Assembly (NCBI GenBank): GCA_019057375.1
Contig: DXJF01000011.1
Span: forward strand, 32,001 to 96,000
Reading direction: 5' to 3'
DNA: 64,000 nucleotides
DNA from: Candidatus Heimdallarchaeota archaeon
GTDB lineage: Archaea > Asgardarchaeota > Heimdallarchaeia > Heimdallarchaeales > Heimdallarchaeaceae
Part shown: positions 47,672 to 57,237 of the stretch, piece after piece
Numbering within the stretch: the first letter of the stretch is position 1
How the letters are laid out: every line of letters begins with the position of its first letter
The notes under the pieces: generated by a model
Database searches by the model: none
What the model saw: the letters and a program-made list of their open reading frames with translations, nothing else
Told to the model about the DNA's origin: nothing
Made by a program: the position numbers and the translations under genes

Positions 47672-47826
47672 TTTGCGTGAATTTAAGCCCGAGTATTGAT
47701 CTTCGATAGAAGGGATTTCCCGTAAGGGGGGTTTACAACTATCAAAGACTTTTACATACTTGGATGAAGTTCAATTGAAGTATTACTACTATACTTCTAC
47801 AGAACTCCACTATAGCTTAAATCCAT
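47672..47826 (-). other. 155-nt BHB intron in 23S (about E. coli G2599/A2600)
   Basis: Removal restores GUGAG|ACAGG; UGUG/CGCA central helix, AGA and AAA bulges, 11-bp intron stem. Confidence 0.88.
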
Positions 47827-47975
47827 CTCACAACGGTCTAAACCCAGCTCACGTTCCCTTTTAATGGGCGAACAACCCCACTCTTGGCGGCTGAATCACC
47901 ACCAAGCTAGGAAGAGCCGACATCGAGGTAGCAAGCCGTGAGGTCGATGTGAACTCTTACCCACGACAACTCCGT

Positions 47976-48364
47976 TCAGGGCTGCGCTTGCGCTATGCGC
48001 ACATCGGCTTTAAGGATCAGTTGTCACCTGGTATAACGACATAGGCAGTTACATAATCCTTAACCTTATCTTCATGTCCTCACGCTTATTTTTGGCTCTC
48101 CATCTTTCGTGTTTATTTAGGGATTTATCTATTCTAAATGGATTTGTGACAGAAATTAGATTCACTCTGCTCAAGTTTTGTAGCCTTTTAATGGCGAAAA
48201 CTTTCGTTTCCTCACGTGGAAGAAAGACTGAAGCTATAATTAAATTCACTCAATTTTACTTTTCTGCCTCGGAAAAGATGGACTTTATCAATAAGCGTTA
48301 CAGACAGAGAGCACTCTTTGTGATAAACAATCACTTCTTCGTGATAAACACTCAGAAGCGCAGT
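47976..48364 (-). other. 389-nt intron in 23S (about E. coli A2450/A2451), BHB junctions
   Basis: Removal restores GGGGUA|ACGG; GGGG/CCCU helix, UAA and GAA bulges, CUGCGCUU/AAGCGCAG stem. Confidence 0.88.
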
Positions 48365-50934
48365 TACCCCTGGAGTAACTTTTCTGCCACCTCCGCCGCC
48401 TACTAATGGCACTGCGAAGGATCGCTAGGCCCTGCGTTAACATCTGCGAACTGTATTGGTGAGTTCACAGTCAACCGAGCTTTTGCCCTTGCACTCTTCA
48501 CCGGATTTCTGTCCCGGTTGAGCTCGGCTTTGGGCCCTCTTGATATCTTTTCAAGAGGCTACCGCCCCAGTGAAACTGCCAGGCAGGGGGTGTCCCCCTC
48601 GCAAGAGGTAAGTCGTACCAATGCGCAAGGTCAGTATTTCAAGTTCGACTCCCCTACATCCCGGAGAATGTAGGATCAGCATCTCCTGACTATGCTATGC
48701 ATGCACACCAATACAACAGCCCCTGACAGCAGTAAAGCTTCACAGGGTCTTCTCTTCCCGATGGTGCGCTCCAGACTGTTCGCTGGACTGTGGGTTCAGT
48801 AGGCTTCGGGTGGAGACAGTGGGCACCTCGTTGGTCCCTTCATGGACGTCTGTAATTAGCAGACAAGGCATTTGCCTACCTTAAGAAGCTCATAGTTAGC
48901 TCCGGCGTTTACTGGGTCTTAGCCTGGTTGAACCCAGGTTTCAATCACCAGCACCGGCCAGGATTCACTAACTGTACTAAGGCTTTCGCCCTTGCAGTTA
49001 GCTATGTTTTTATTAAACAGTCGGGTGCCCCTAGTCACTGCGACCTGGTAAGGCATACACCTTCCCAGGCATCCCTTATACCCAAGGTACGGGACTAATT
49101 TGCCGATTTCCTTCACCCGAGCTCCCCTAACACGCTTTAGCCTTCTAAGCTAGCCACACCTGTGTCGGTTCTGGGTACGGTCACGCGTAATCGTTCTCTT
49201 TGCTTTTTCATGGGCTGTTGGGGTTGATGGCAGCCAGCAACCTATGGCCGGCCTCTTCATCTATTCTTCTGGTTCTCACCTTAACGGTTCTTCCCAGAAT
49301 TCTATAATTTAACTAGGATATGCTCCTAGGCCACCTACCCACCAGCGTTAGCTCAGAGCTTGCGTCGCCGCGTCTATACGCGTGGTACAGGAATATGAAC
49401 CTGTTTCCCTTTCGAACGACTCGTTTTAAGATCGTCCTTAGGACCGACTAACCCTTGGCTGACGAACAGTGCCAAGGAACCCTTGGGCTTTCAGCGATGA
49501 GGATTCTCACCTCACTATGCTCCTACTACCACCGAGATCTGCAAATCTAATCGGTCCACTGGGAATCACTCCCCAGCTTCTGCCCAACCAGATCGCCCCC
49601 CTACCTGAGACTCTTGCGGAGTCCAAATGGGTATCGGGACCCGGTTTAGCCCCGTCCATTTTCTGAGCCCAACAACTCGATGAGTAAGCTGTTACGCTTT
49701 TTTTAACGGATAGCTGCCTCTAAGCTTACCGCCTCATTGTCTTAGTCGTTGGACGTCATTCTGTTTAACATTTAACCGGGATTTAGGGCCCTTAACCCAT
49801 TGTAGGGTTGTTCCCCTTTCGGCCATATCCCTTGCGGATACGCGCCCGTCTGTCGCCTTCTACAGCGCTTGCAAGTTCGGAGTTGGAAGGGAGGGTGAGG
49901 ATTTCACTCCCCAGAACCTCCCGTCCGTAGCTCTACCTCACAAGCCGCCTTCAGCGACGCTATCCTGTGGTGATACTTCGGGGGGAACCAGCTATCAGCA
50001 GTTTAGATTGGTCTTTTGCCACTATCCCCAACTCAGAGGAATGAATTGCATATCAATAACCCTTCAGGCCTCCACGCTCCTTTCGAAGCGCTTCACCTTG
50101 GTCAGGGATAGATCAACTGCTTTCGGGTCTTACACCTGTGACTTCACGCCCTTATCGGACGTCGCGCCTTGCCGAAGCTGCGCGCTGGTCGCTTTCGCTA
50201 CGCCACCGTATTAACTTAGGCTTGCCACAGACATAAACTCCTCGGCCCGTGTTTCAAGACGGAACGGATAACTCTGGTCCTCTCAGCTCGTACTACCACC
50301 TCACGATGGGTTCCTTCACCGAGACTCTACCCTTTCAAGCCATCCACGTCTGTTACCATGTAGTTTCAGGGACTTTTCACTCTCGTATTTCGAATACTTT
50401 TCAACTTTCACTCACGTTACTAGTGCGCTATCGGTCTAGGGGAGTATTTAGGCTTGGGAGTTAGTCCTCCCATATTTGCGCGACAAATCCAAGCCACGCT
50501 AGTCTTGATACTACTAAGCCGAGCGCTTACGTTTACGGGGTTATTACCCTCTATGACGCCCCTTTCCAGGGGCCTTCAACTTCACGCTTTCGGTCTATGT
50601 TGTAGTCAAAACACCACATCTACCTTAATTTTTCAAAAAAGGAATTCGGTTTGGCCTGTTCCGGTTTTACTCGCCGTTACTACCGGAATCACAATTGTTT
50701 TCTTTTCCTGCAGGTACTTGAATGTTTTGGTTCCCTGCGTTCCCCGCCATTACTGGCTGTTACAGTTTATTAGACTGTAACCGGAAATCCGATTCGGGAA
50801 TCTGTGGATCGTAGACTGTCTGCGTCTTCCCACAGCGTTTCGCCGCTTACCGCGCCCTTCATCGGCTCCCTAGCCGAGTCATCCACTACATGGCGTATGC
50901 ATAGTGTAGGTTACTCTAGAAATCAGTTTTCGCC

Positions 50935-50959
50935 TTCTAGGAGAGTTATTGTCAGCTAA
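50935..50959. other. 5' arm of pre-23S processing stem
   Basis: Inverted complement of 47285-47309. Confidence 0.85.
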
Positions 50960-51226
50960 CTAAACGTAATCGTTTAGGGATTATCATAAATCCTGGAGGT
51001 GATAAACACGCAAACTATTGCGCGAGTAGGGTTTTTATTCCCTTTGTTTATAATTGTTCCGTTTTTGAACATAATCGCAATCTTTCTGATCGCGTTCCTA
51101 CCCGTTAAGGTAAGATACAACAGATAAGCAAACATCGATAGATATTCACATTATCAACAAAATGAGCTATAGATAAAAAGGTATTGTTTTAAGATAAAAT
51201 TTCCTTAAAGCTACGGAAGATTTTTA

Positions 51227-51670
51227 GTGCTTGAGAACGACTCTTATTTGAGTTACATGAACCTTGATGAACATCTCTCCGAACTTAAACAACGTGCTGA
51301 AGAATCAAGTGTCAATGCTTTTGCTCCTTACAGTGATTTTATTATTGGTGCAGCTTTGCTAATGAAGAGTGGTAACATCTATACTGGATGTAATGTTGAG
51401 TTCTCAGATTATCTTGCTCTTCATGCTGAAGTTAATGCTATAGGGACAGCTATCAACAGTGGTGAAAATGATATTCAAGCTGTAGTAGTTTTTTCAAAAA
51501 GTTCACCACCTGTTCTACCTTGTGGATCATGTAGACAAAAATTATCTGAGTTCGCTCAGTTGAATAACCACGATATACAAGTGATTGCTTTTAACGATAA
51601 ACAAGAGCAAATAGAGTTCTTACTAAGTGAACTTTTACCAGGAGCTAAGATACAAGTAAATAAAAAATAA
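51227..51670 (+). CDS. cdd: Cytidine deaminase
   Basis: AFAPYS.F.IGAA...GCNVE, HAEVNA, PCGSCRQ. Confidence 0.93.
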   Translation: MLENDSYLSYMNLDEHLSELKQRAEESSVNAFAPYSDFIIGAALLMKSGNIYTGCNVEFSDYLALHAEVNAIGTAINSGENDIQAVVVFSKSSPPVLPCGSCRQKLSEFAQLNNHDIQVIAFNDKQEQIEFLLSELLPGAKIQVNKK

Positions 51671-51675
51671 CTTAC

Positions 51676-51819
51676 CTATTCAATTATTTCGTAGTACATA
51701 CAAGAGCCACATAACCAGAATTTCTTAATTTCAGTTAAATTATAATCATCAGGAAGATAGTTCTCTCTTTTGATCATTAATGCCCCACATTTTGGACATT
51801 CTTTTTGTTCATCACTCAT
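51676..51819 (-). CDS. Small Zn-ribbon protein
   Basis: MSDEQKECPKCG...WLCGSCMY. Confidence 0.55.
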   Translation of the reverse strand: MSDEQKECPKCGALMIKRENYLPDDYNLTEIKKFWLCGSCMYYEIIE

Positions 51820-52300
51820 AGACTTATCACATTCATCTAAACTTCTATACAAATGCACATTAATATTTTACGAAAGTCCTAGCGGAATCATTTGATTTTT
51901 AGGCTAGTAAAAACCCATTCTAAGCCTAGGTTGAAGAATGAATATAATTGGATTTGAGATCTATATACTACGAGTGAAATAACCCTTTTCTTCCTTCCAT
52001 TTGGATTTTAAAAGGGGCAGTCAAACATTATTAGAGACATACAAACAAAACATGATTATTAACAGAAATATAGAAGAAATTCAGAAGAGGAAATTAAAGG
52101 AAGGACCCTTTGTGTAAGATTAAAGCTGTCATTGCTTTAGTTTTTTCCCTTTTGATTTGTTTTGCGATTGTCTCAAGAGTTTTTGCGTTCTTTTCCATTT
52201 TTTGCACCTATCCTAACATAAGCTCTCCTTTTAAAATAGGTTAACCACAAGTTATGGTCACAAGTTGTGTCATAATCGCGAAAAAAATGATTGTAAAAAA

Positions 52301-52334
52301 TCTTACCACACAATTATAATTTTCTGTGGTAAGA
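52301..52334. repeat. Third copy of the 9-16-9 inverted repeat
   Basis: TCTTACCAC-acaattataattttct-GTGGTAAGA. Confidence 0.75.
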
Positions 52335-52432
52335 TACATCTAATGACTTTTGGGGGGGTTAAATTCTGATTAACAAAACCCTCCTTTTCATCAATCCTTA
52401 TAAATCGCTACTTCACACAACATGCGTTTATC

Positions 52433-52768
52433 ATGAAAGAAGTATTTCCGGAAGCAATAAGAAAACTACCTGAAGCAGATATTCCCATACAAGGACTTAC
52501 AGCCTTTTTATCCCAAGATAAGAATCATCAAATTGTCTTTATGCATTTCAATCAAGATGTAGAAGTTCCCGCACACTCACATGGAGCTCAATGGGGAATT
52601 GTGCTAGAAGGGGAAATAGTATTAACAATAGAGGACAATGAACAAAAATATACTAAAGGAGATCGTTTCTATATTTTGGAAGGAGAGACACATTCCGCAG
52701 AAATACATGCAGGATATGCTAGCATGGAATTTTTTGCAGATAACGATAGATACAAAGCTAAGGAATAG
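52433..52768 (+). CDS. Cupin-domain protein
   Basis: PAHSH..QWG.VLEG...GD.F.I..G..HSA. Confidence 0.88.
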   Translation: MKEVFPEAIRKLPEADIPIQGLTAFLSQDKNHQIVFMHFNQDVEVPAHSHGAQWGIVLEGEIVLTIEDNEQKYTKGDRFYILEGETHSAEIHAGYASMEFFADNDRYKAKE

Positions 52769-52780
52769 AGATAAATTAAT

Positions 52781-52855
52781 TTAAGCTGGTGACCAAAATG
52801 GTGGAGTTATGCTTTCGTCGCCATCTTCAGGATCGTATTTCGGTTCATTCATCAT
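52781..52855 (-). CDS. 24-aa conserved micropeptide, copy 3 (MMNEPKYDPEDGDESITPPFWSPA)
   Basis: Same length, motif and upstream element as the copies at 36.6 and 36.9 kb. Confidence 0.75.
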   Translation of the reverse strand: MMNEPKYDPEDGDESITPPFWSPA

Positions 52856-53035
52856 GTTCATCTCAGGAAAGGTTATCATTTTAGTTAGACAAAGCTATTA
52901 AAGCACCCCAAAGAAAAGACTGACAGTTACAGCTATTTCTGATTGGAAGAGTTGGCTAATAGATAATTGGCTTGATGAGTTTGAAAGATTAAAACCTTAT
53001 TTTCTTAATTCAGAGCAATTATGACAACTAAAAAA

Positions 53036-53093
53036 CTCCAAGGAATACAAGAACCCCGAGAGAAAGATTCTACAGAAGTAGAGAAATAAGGGG
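53036..53093 (-). repeat. R1: degenerate copy of the 16S trailer stem arm
   Basis: AATACAAGAACCCCGAGA identical in R1, R2 and R3, followed by CTACAGAA.TAGAGAA. Confidence 0.85.
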
Positions 53094-53185
53094 TGAAAGA
53101 ACGAGTTTTATTAAATAGAAATTGTAAAAGTTGTTTCAAATGTTGTGCTTAGAAACAATTTTGAAGATTATATAAAATATCAAGG

Positions 53186-56100
53186 TTAATTTATGTTTTC
53201 AACATATTTTATTATTTCATGACTTATCATGTAACTTATTCTTTTTCCAATACCATCAATTAAATTTGACATAAAAATATCTCCTGCGTATGTATCCTCC
53301 ATAATCTCAAGAATCAAAGATGGATTTATATGGTGGAAGATATCCAATAGAATTTTTGGATTGTAATTGCTTTCTACATGGGTTGCTGCATATGTTAACC
53401 AAAGAACATCCTCTTTATTTCTGATTAATTGCACTAAATTTGGTATTAATTTTATAGCTATATCTTCTTCTAAGCCTGCAATTTCTAGAAAAGGATAAAC
53501 TACCGTATCAAATGAATAATCATAATTTAGTATAATTGATTCAGAATTAATTTTATCTATTAAAAATACAGTTAGATCTTTGTTAAATACACATAATCCT
53601 TTGATAAAATGAAACAAATCAACAATATTCCATTTATCTTCTAGCTTATTTTTAATAAAATCAGAATCAAGTATAGAATTTATATCTAAAAGAAGATCGT
53701 TTTTTGCAATATATCTCAGAGAATACAAAGTAACACCAATGTCATGAAGATCTTTTTCCGTTTTTATTTTTTCATAAAGAACATCCTTATCTAGTAATAC
53801 AAGTATTCGAGAAATTAAATCCTCAGAAAAAAGTGATGCACTACTCAAAAGACATTTAACACCAATTAAATCTTCAGAACAATTAACTTTTTCAACTAAA
53901 TTCTTAATATTTTTCTTGTTCAATACAAGATTAATTGAGTCTGTTTCACCTAAAAAATCTAAAATTATCTCTATCTGAGACAAGTTTGTTTCAGAGTCAA
54001 TTCTTTTCGTAAAATAATCAAAAATTCTTGTTTTTTTGATATTAAACTGTTTGTTTTTTCCTAAGTTATAATAAAAAAGTTTATTCATGAAATTAATAAG
54101 ATGAATAAAATCTTCATGCTCTATTGTTTTACTCAAAATGATAGATTTTCCAATGATTCCAGAGGCTATCTTAGCTAGATTATAATTTTGGTTGATTATA
54201 GTACTAAGAAAAGAAAACGAACTATCAGGCAATATCCAGTTTATTCTCTTCAAAATTTTTCTGATTTTAATTTTCCTAAGAAATATTCTTATATTTTTAT
54301 TACTCATTTGCCAAAATAAAGATTCAATACTTTGTACAAACATCTTGCAATCTATAACATTTTTGAATTTCTTAATAAGAATATTCAGATATTCTTTTTG
54401 GTACTTCGAAATGATGAATCTTTCATAAAGCATTGTTATAAAGTATAAATCTTCTTCGTACTTCATGCTTTCTAATAAATATTTCATAATCTCTCCGTCG
54501 CTAAGAAGATAATCAACAATACCTTTGGTATTATCATTCATAAGAAATTTCAAAATTTTAATTTTATAATCCTCATTTGAGTGAAGTATGTACTCTTTGA
54601 AGAGATTAAAATCATCCTCGTATCTTTCACCAAGTAAAAGTCGCAAATTATAGGAAATGCAATTTGAGAATTTTATTGCAGAATAATAGAGCTGTGCAAC
54701 AGATTGATGTGACAGAATATAAGTAATCTGAAAATAAGCACTACCAATGTGATGAATGTTGTGTTTTTCGTATAAATTCCAAACGTTTGATATATGGACT
54801 ATTTCTACTGGATAGTATAGCAAATGTTCAATTATTTCATGCTTTTCTAACAAATATTCAAGGATATGATTATGAATTTTTAAATTCTGAATTAGATAAT
54901 TTTTCTCAACCCTAATATTATGTTTGGAGAATACAGATAAAATAAATACACAATCATAAAATTGATCAAGCTCTTTATGATTAAAAACTTCATCTAGACT
55001 TTCAAGTATATATTGATAGATTTCCTCTTCATGAACTTCACATTTTTCATGATCTATTGAGTTTAGAGCAAATTCTAACAACCACAAATCTTGCCAATAC
55101 TTACTCAATTGAATTTGAAGTTTAGAAAAGTTATTATGATTTCGCAAATTAGAATCATTCGGTATATGTTTTTTTACGATTTCTTCAGCAATTTCTTCAG
55201 CTGTAATTTTTAATATGGGATTTCTCTCAAATTCAGAATTTCCTCTTATTTTGAATTCAATAAGTCTTGTTCCTGCAAGTACCAAGCTTTTTGAAGACGC
55301 ATTATGTAATTTACATATGTTATTAAAAGAATTGAGATTTTCATGAATATCATCAAGAATTATTAATGGTTCTTTTCTATCATATAGAAGTATTTTGCAA
55401 AGTTCTTCTATTTTTTCACGATTTTCTTCCTTAAAACTCAGATAATATACTGGTCGTTTTTTTGCCAATATAAAACCCACGTGCTTCAAGAATACAGATT
55501 TTCCTGATGCTGAATCACCTAAAACTATAGTTCTTTTCTGTTTTTCCAATTCTTGAATGCATTCTTTAAGTACTCTTCTTTCAACTATTTTTCCTTCCTC
55601 AAAATTTGACCAAACAGGTATTTTTTGTTTACTTTCAAAAACCTGATCTTTCCTTAAAACATGCTCAATCGAGTTTTTTTCTATTTCCAAATATATGTAT
55701 GAACTAGATCCCTTCTCTCTCAAGTAATCATGTATAATATGTTTCTTAATTGTCGTTCCTTTACAATAATTTTTAGAATTAATGTGACCAAGAAAGTATC
55801 TTATATTGCTTTTGTTTGTTTGATATCCATATTGTTCAGCAATTTCTATTATATGATCTTCTAGTGAATCAAGTTGGATACATTTGAATTCTACTTTTTT
55901 AATGAAATCTGATAGAATATCAACTGTTATTTTACTACCAAACATTTCAGAATAATTTTCCGGAATAATTTTACATATATCCGATAGTTCTTCTTTTGGT
56001 ATTATAATTTTTGAATCTGAAAAAAACTCATCTTTGATAGGTATATTACTATAAAAAACGAAAGTCTCAACTCCTTTTGAACGAACCAATAATTGAAGCA

Positions 56101-56323
56101 AAGGACCTCTTTTTCCTGAATAGAAAAGTTGTTTTGGAGTCCAGCTACTGCTGCTTTGGATACTTTTAGCTTCCCCAATGCAGATTTTTCTTCCGTTAGT
56201 ATAAAAAGAACTGTCTTCATAGTTTTTTTCTATAGAAAATTCATCATATTTGTTTGATAGAATATGGTATAGTGCAGTTAAAATTTGGTAATTAAATTTA
56301 TGTCCAAGATGCTCATCTATCAT
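53186..56323 (-). CDS. Nuclease + STAND-type P-loop NTPase + helical repeats (Avs-like defence protein)
   Basis: N-terminal ED...IGEAKS PD-(D/E)XK-like motif, Walker A GDSASGKS, Walker B IILDDIHE, C-terminal helical repeats; visibly AT-richer than core genes. Confidence 0.7.
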   Translation of the reverse strand: MIDEHLGHKFNYQILTALYHILSNKYDEFSIEKNYEDSSFYTNGRKICIGEAKSIQSSSSWTPKQLFYSGKRGPLLQLLVRSKGVETFVFYSNIPIKDEFFSDSKIIIPKEELSDICKIIPENYSEMFGSKITVDILSDFIKKVEFKCIQLDSLEDHIIEIAEQYGYQTNKSNIRYFLGHINSKNYCKGTTIKKHIIHDYLREKGSSSYIYLEIEKNSIEHVLRKDQVFESKQKIPVWSNFEEGKIVERRVLKECIQELEKQKRTIVLGDSASGKSVFLKHVGFILAKKRPVYYLSFKEENREKIEELCKILLYDRKEPLIILDDIHENLNSFNNICKLHNASSKSLVLAGTRLIEFKIRGNSEFERNPILKITAEEIAEEIVKKHIPNDSNLRNHNNFSKLQIQLSKYWQDLWLLEFALNSIDHEKCEVHEEEIYQYILESLDEVFNHKELDQFYDCVFILSVFSKHNIRVEKNYLIQNLKIHNHILEYLLEKHEIIEHLLYYPVEIVHISNVWNLYEKHNIHHIGSAYFQITYILSHQSVAQLYYSAIKFSNCISYNLRLLLGERYEDDFNLFKEYILHSNEDYKIKILKFLMNDNTKGIVDYLLSDGEIMKYLLESMKYEEDLYFITMLYERFIISKYQKEYLNILIKKFKNVIDCKMFVQSIESLFWQMSNKNIRIFLRKIKIRKILKRINWILPDSSFSFLSTIINQNYNLAKIASGIIGKSIILSKTIEHEDFIHLINFMNKLFYYNLGKNKQFNIKKTRIFDYFTKRIDSETNLSQIEIILDFLGETDSINLVLNKKNIKNLVEKVNCSEDLIGVKCLLSSASLFSEDLISRILVLLDKDVLYEKIKTEKDLHDIGVTLYSLRYIAKNDLLLDINSILDSDFIKNKLEDKWNIVDLFHFIKGLCVFNKDLTVFLIDKINSESIILNYDYSFDTVVYPFLEIAGLEEDIAIKLIPNLVQLIRNKEDVLWLTYAATHVESNYNPKILLDIFHHINPSLILEIMEDTYAGDIFMSNLIDGIGKRISYMISHEIIKYVENIN

Positions 56324-56679
56324 ACAAATATCATCTTTTTTGTTTATTTCAATAAAGTTTGAAATTAAATATCGAATTCAACTTAATCTATATGTTATTT
56401 TTTACAAAGCTACTTAAATGCTTTTTTTTCTATTGGTAAAGATGAAAAATTAATATTTATAGATAAATGGAAACCTTTTGAAGATTTTGAGAGAAATATG
56501 AATAAGTTGTTAGAAACTCTAGAAGTATTAATTTAAGATATCATATTGAGAGAAATATAAGTAAAACCTGAATAAGTTAATTATATAGATATATGGATGA
56601 ATGCTAATTTGTTGGAAGAATTTACTTCAATTAAACATTATTTTTACTAAAATAAATTTCAAACTATGAAGAATAAATA

Positions 56680-56789
56680 CCCCCAAATAATACAAGAACC
56701 CCGAGAATAAGATTCTACAGAAGTAGAGAATAAAGGGTTGGGGTTGGGAAGTCTTGAAAACTTCCGAACGTAGGAGGTGATCCATCAGC
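56680..56789 (-). repeat. R2: degenerate copy of the 16S 3' end (anti-SD) plus trailer
   Basis: 56762-56789 matches 62343-62370 at 26/28 incl. GGATCACCTCCT; trailer arm at 56680-56737. Confidence 0.9.
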
Positions 56790-56832
56790 TTTGAATTAAA
56801 AATTCCTTGGGGTTTAACAATGCAAGTTTATA

Positions 56833-57144
56833 TTAAATATCAATGTAACAGTTCCTGATAAGAAAATGCTTGGTAGTTGAGGTAATATGGATTCCAAAGG
56901 AAGTGCTAGACGTAATATTGTAGTTCTCAATCAAGTAAGGATCTTCATATGTACCTGAACCTGGAAAAGCTAAGAAATCTTCATCTGAAGTAATCTCTAT
57001 AGGGTCATGGTTTGTAAGATAATTAGTGTTATTAGATTGGTTAGCTTTAGTTTCTCCGTCAACAGTAATTGTTACAGAAACTAAAAAACAAAGTAGGATA
57101 AGTGTTCTTCTACATCTAGGGGACATAGTATTCTCTAGATTCAC
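56833..57144 (-). pseudogene. Truncated secreted protein (N-terminus of NosD/beta-helix-type surface protein)
   Basis: Signal peptide then HDPIEITSDEDF..FPGSGT.EDPYLIENYNI...FLIRNC; ends abruptly next to R2. Confidence 0.65.
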
Positions 57145-57237
57145 TTAATTATTCTATATAAACCAGCAAGAAATTATTCAATACATTTTGGTTTTACCAC
57201 GTTTTTAAGTCATTTTAATTATAATAACTCAGAAACA

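Larger units (their letters stand above)
47334..50910 (-). rRNA. rrl: 23S rRNA with two introns and an H98/ES39-region expansion
   Basis: Conserved PTC and sarcin-ricin sequences; ends set by helix-1 pairing CCUA-C-ACUA-UGC / GCG-UAGU-UAGG. Confidence 0.97.

Noticed and set aside
47976-48364. Group II intron interpretation (AAGCCG resembling domain V, UGCGC start)
   Set aside because: No complementary 3' strand for domain V, no GUGYG start with AY end in one register; the BHB explains the junctions exactly
48049-50780. ORF-track entries inside the 23S gene and its large intron
   Set aside because: Shadow frames of rRNA; the intron ORFs show no LAGLIDADG, HNH or GIY-YIG motif
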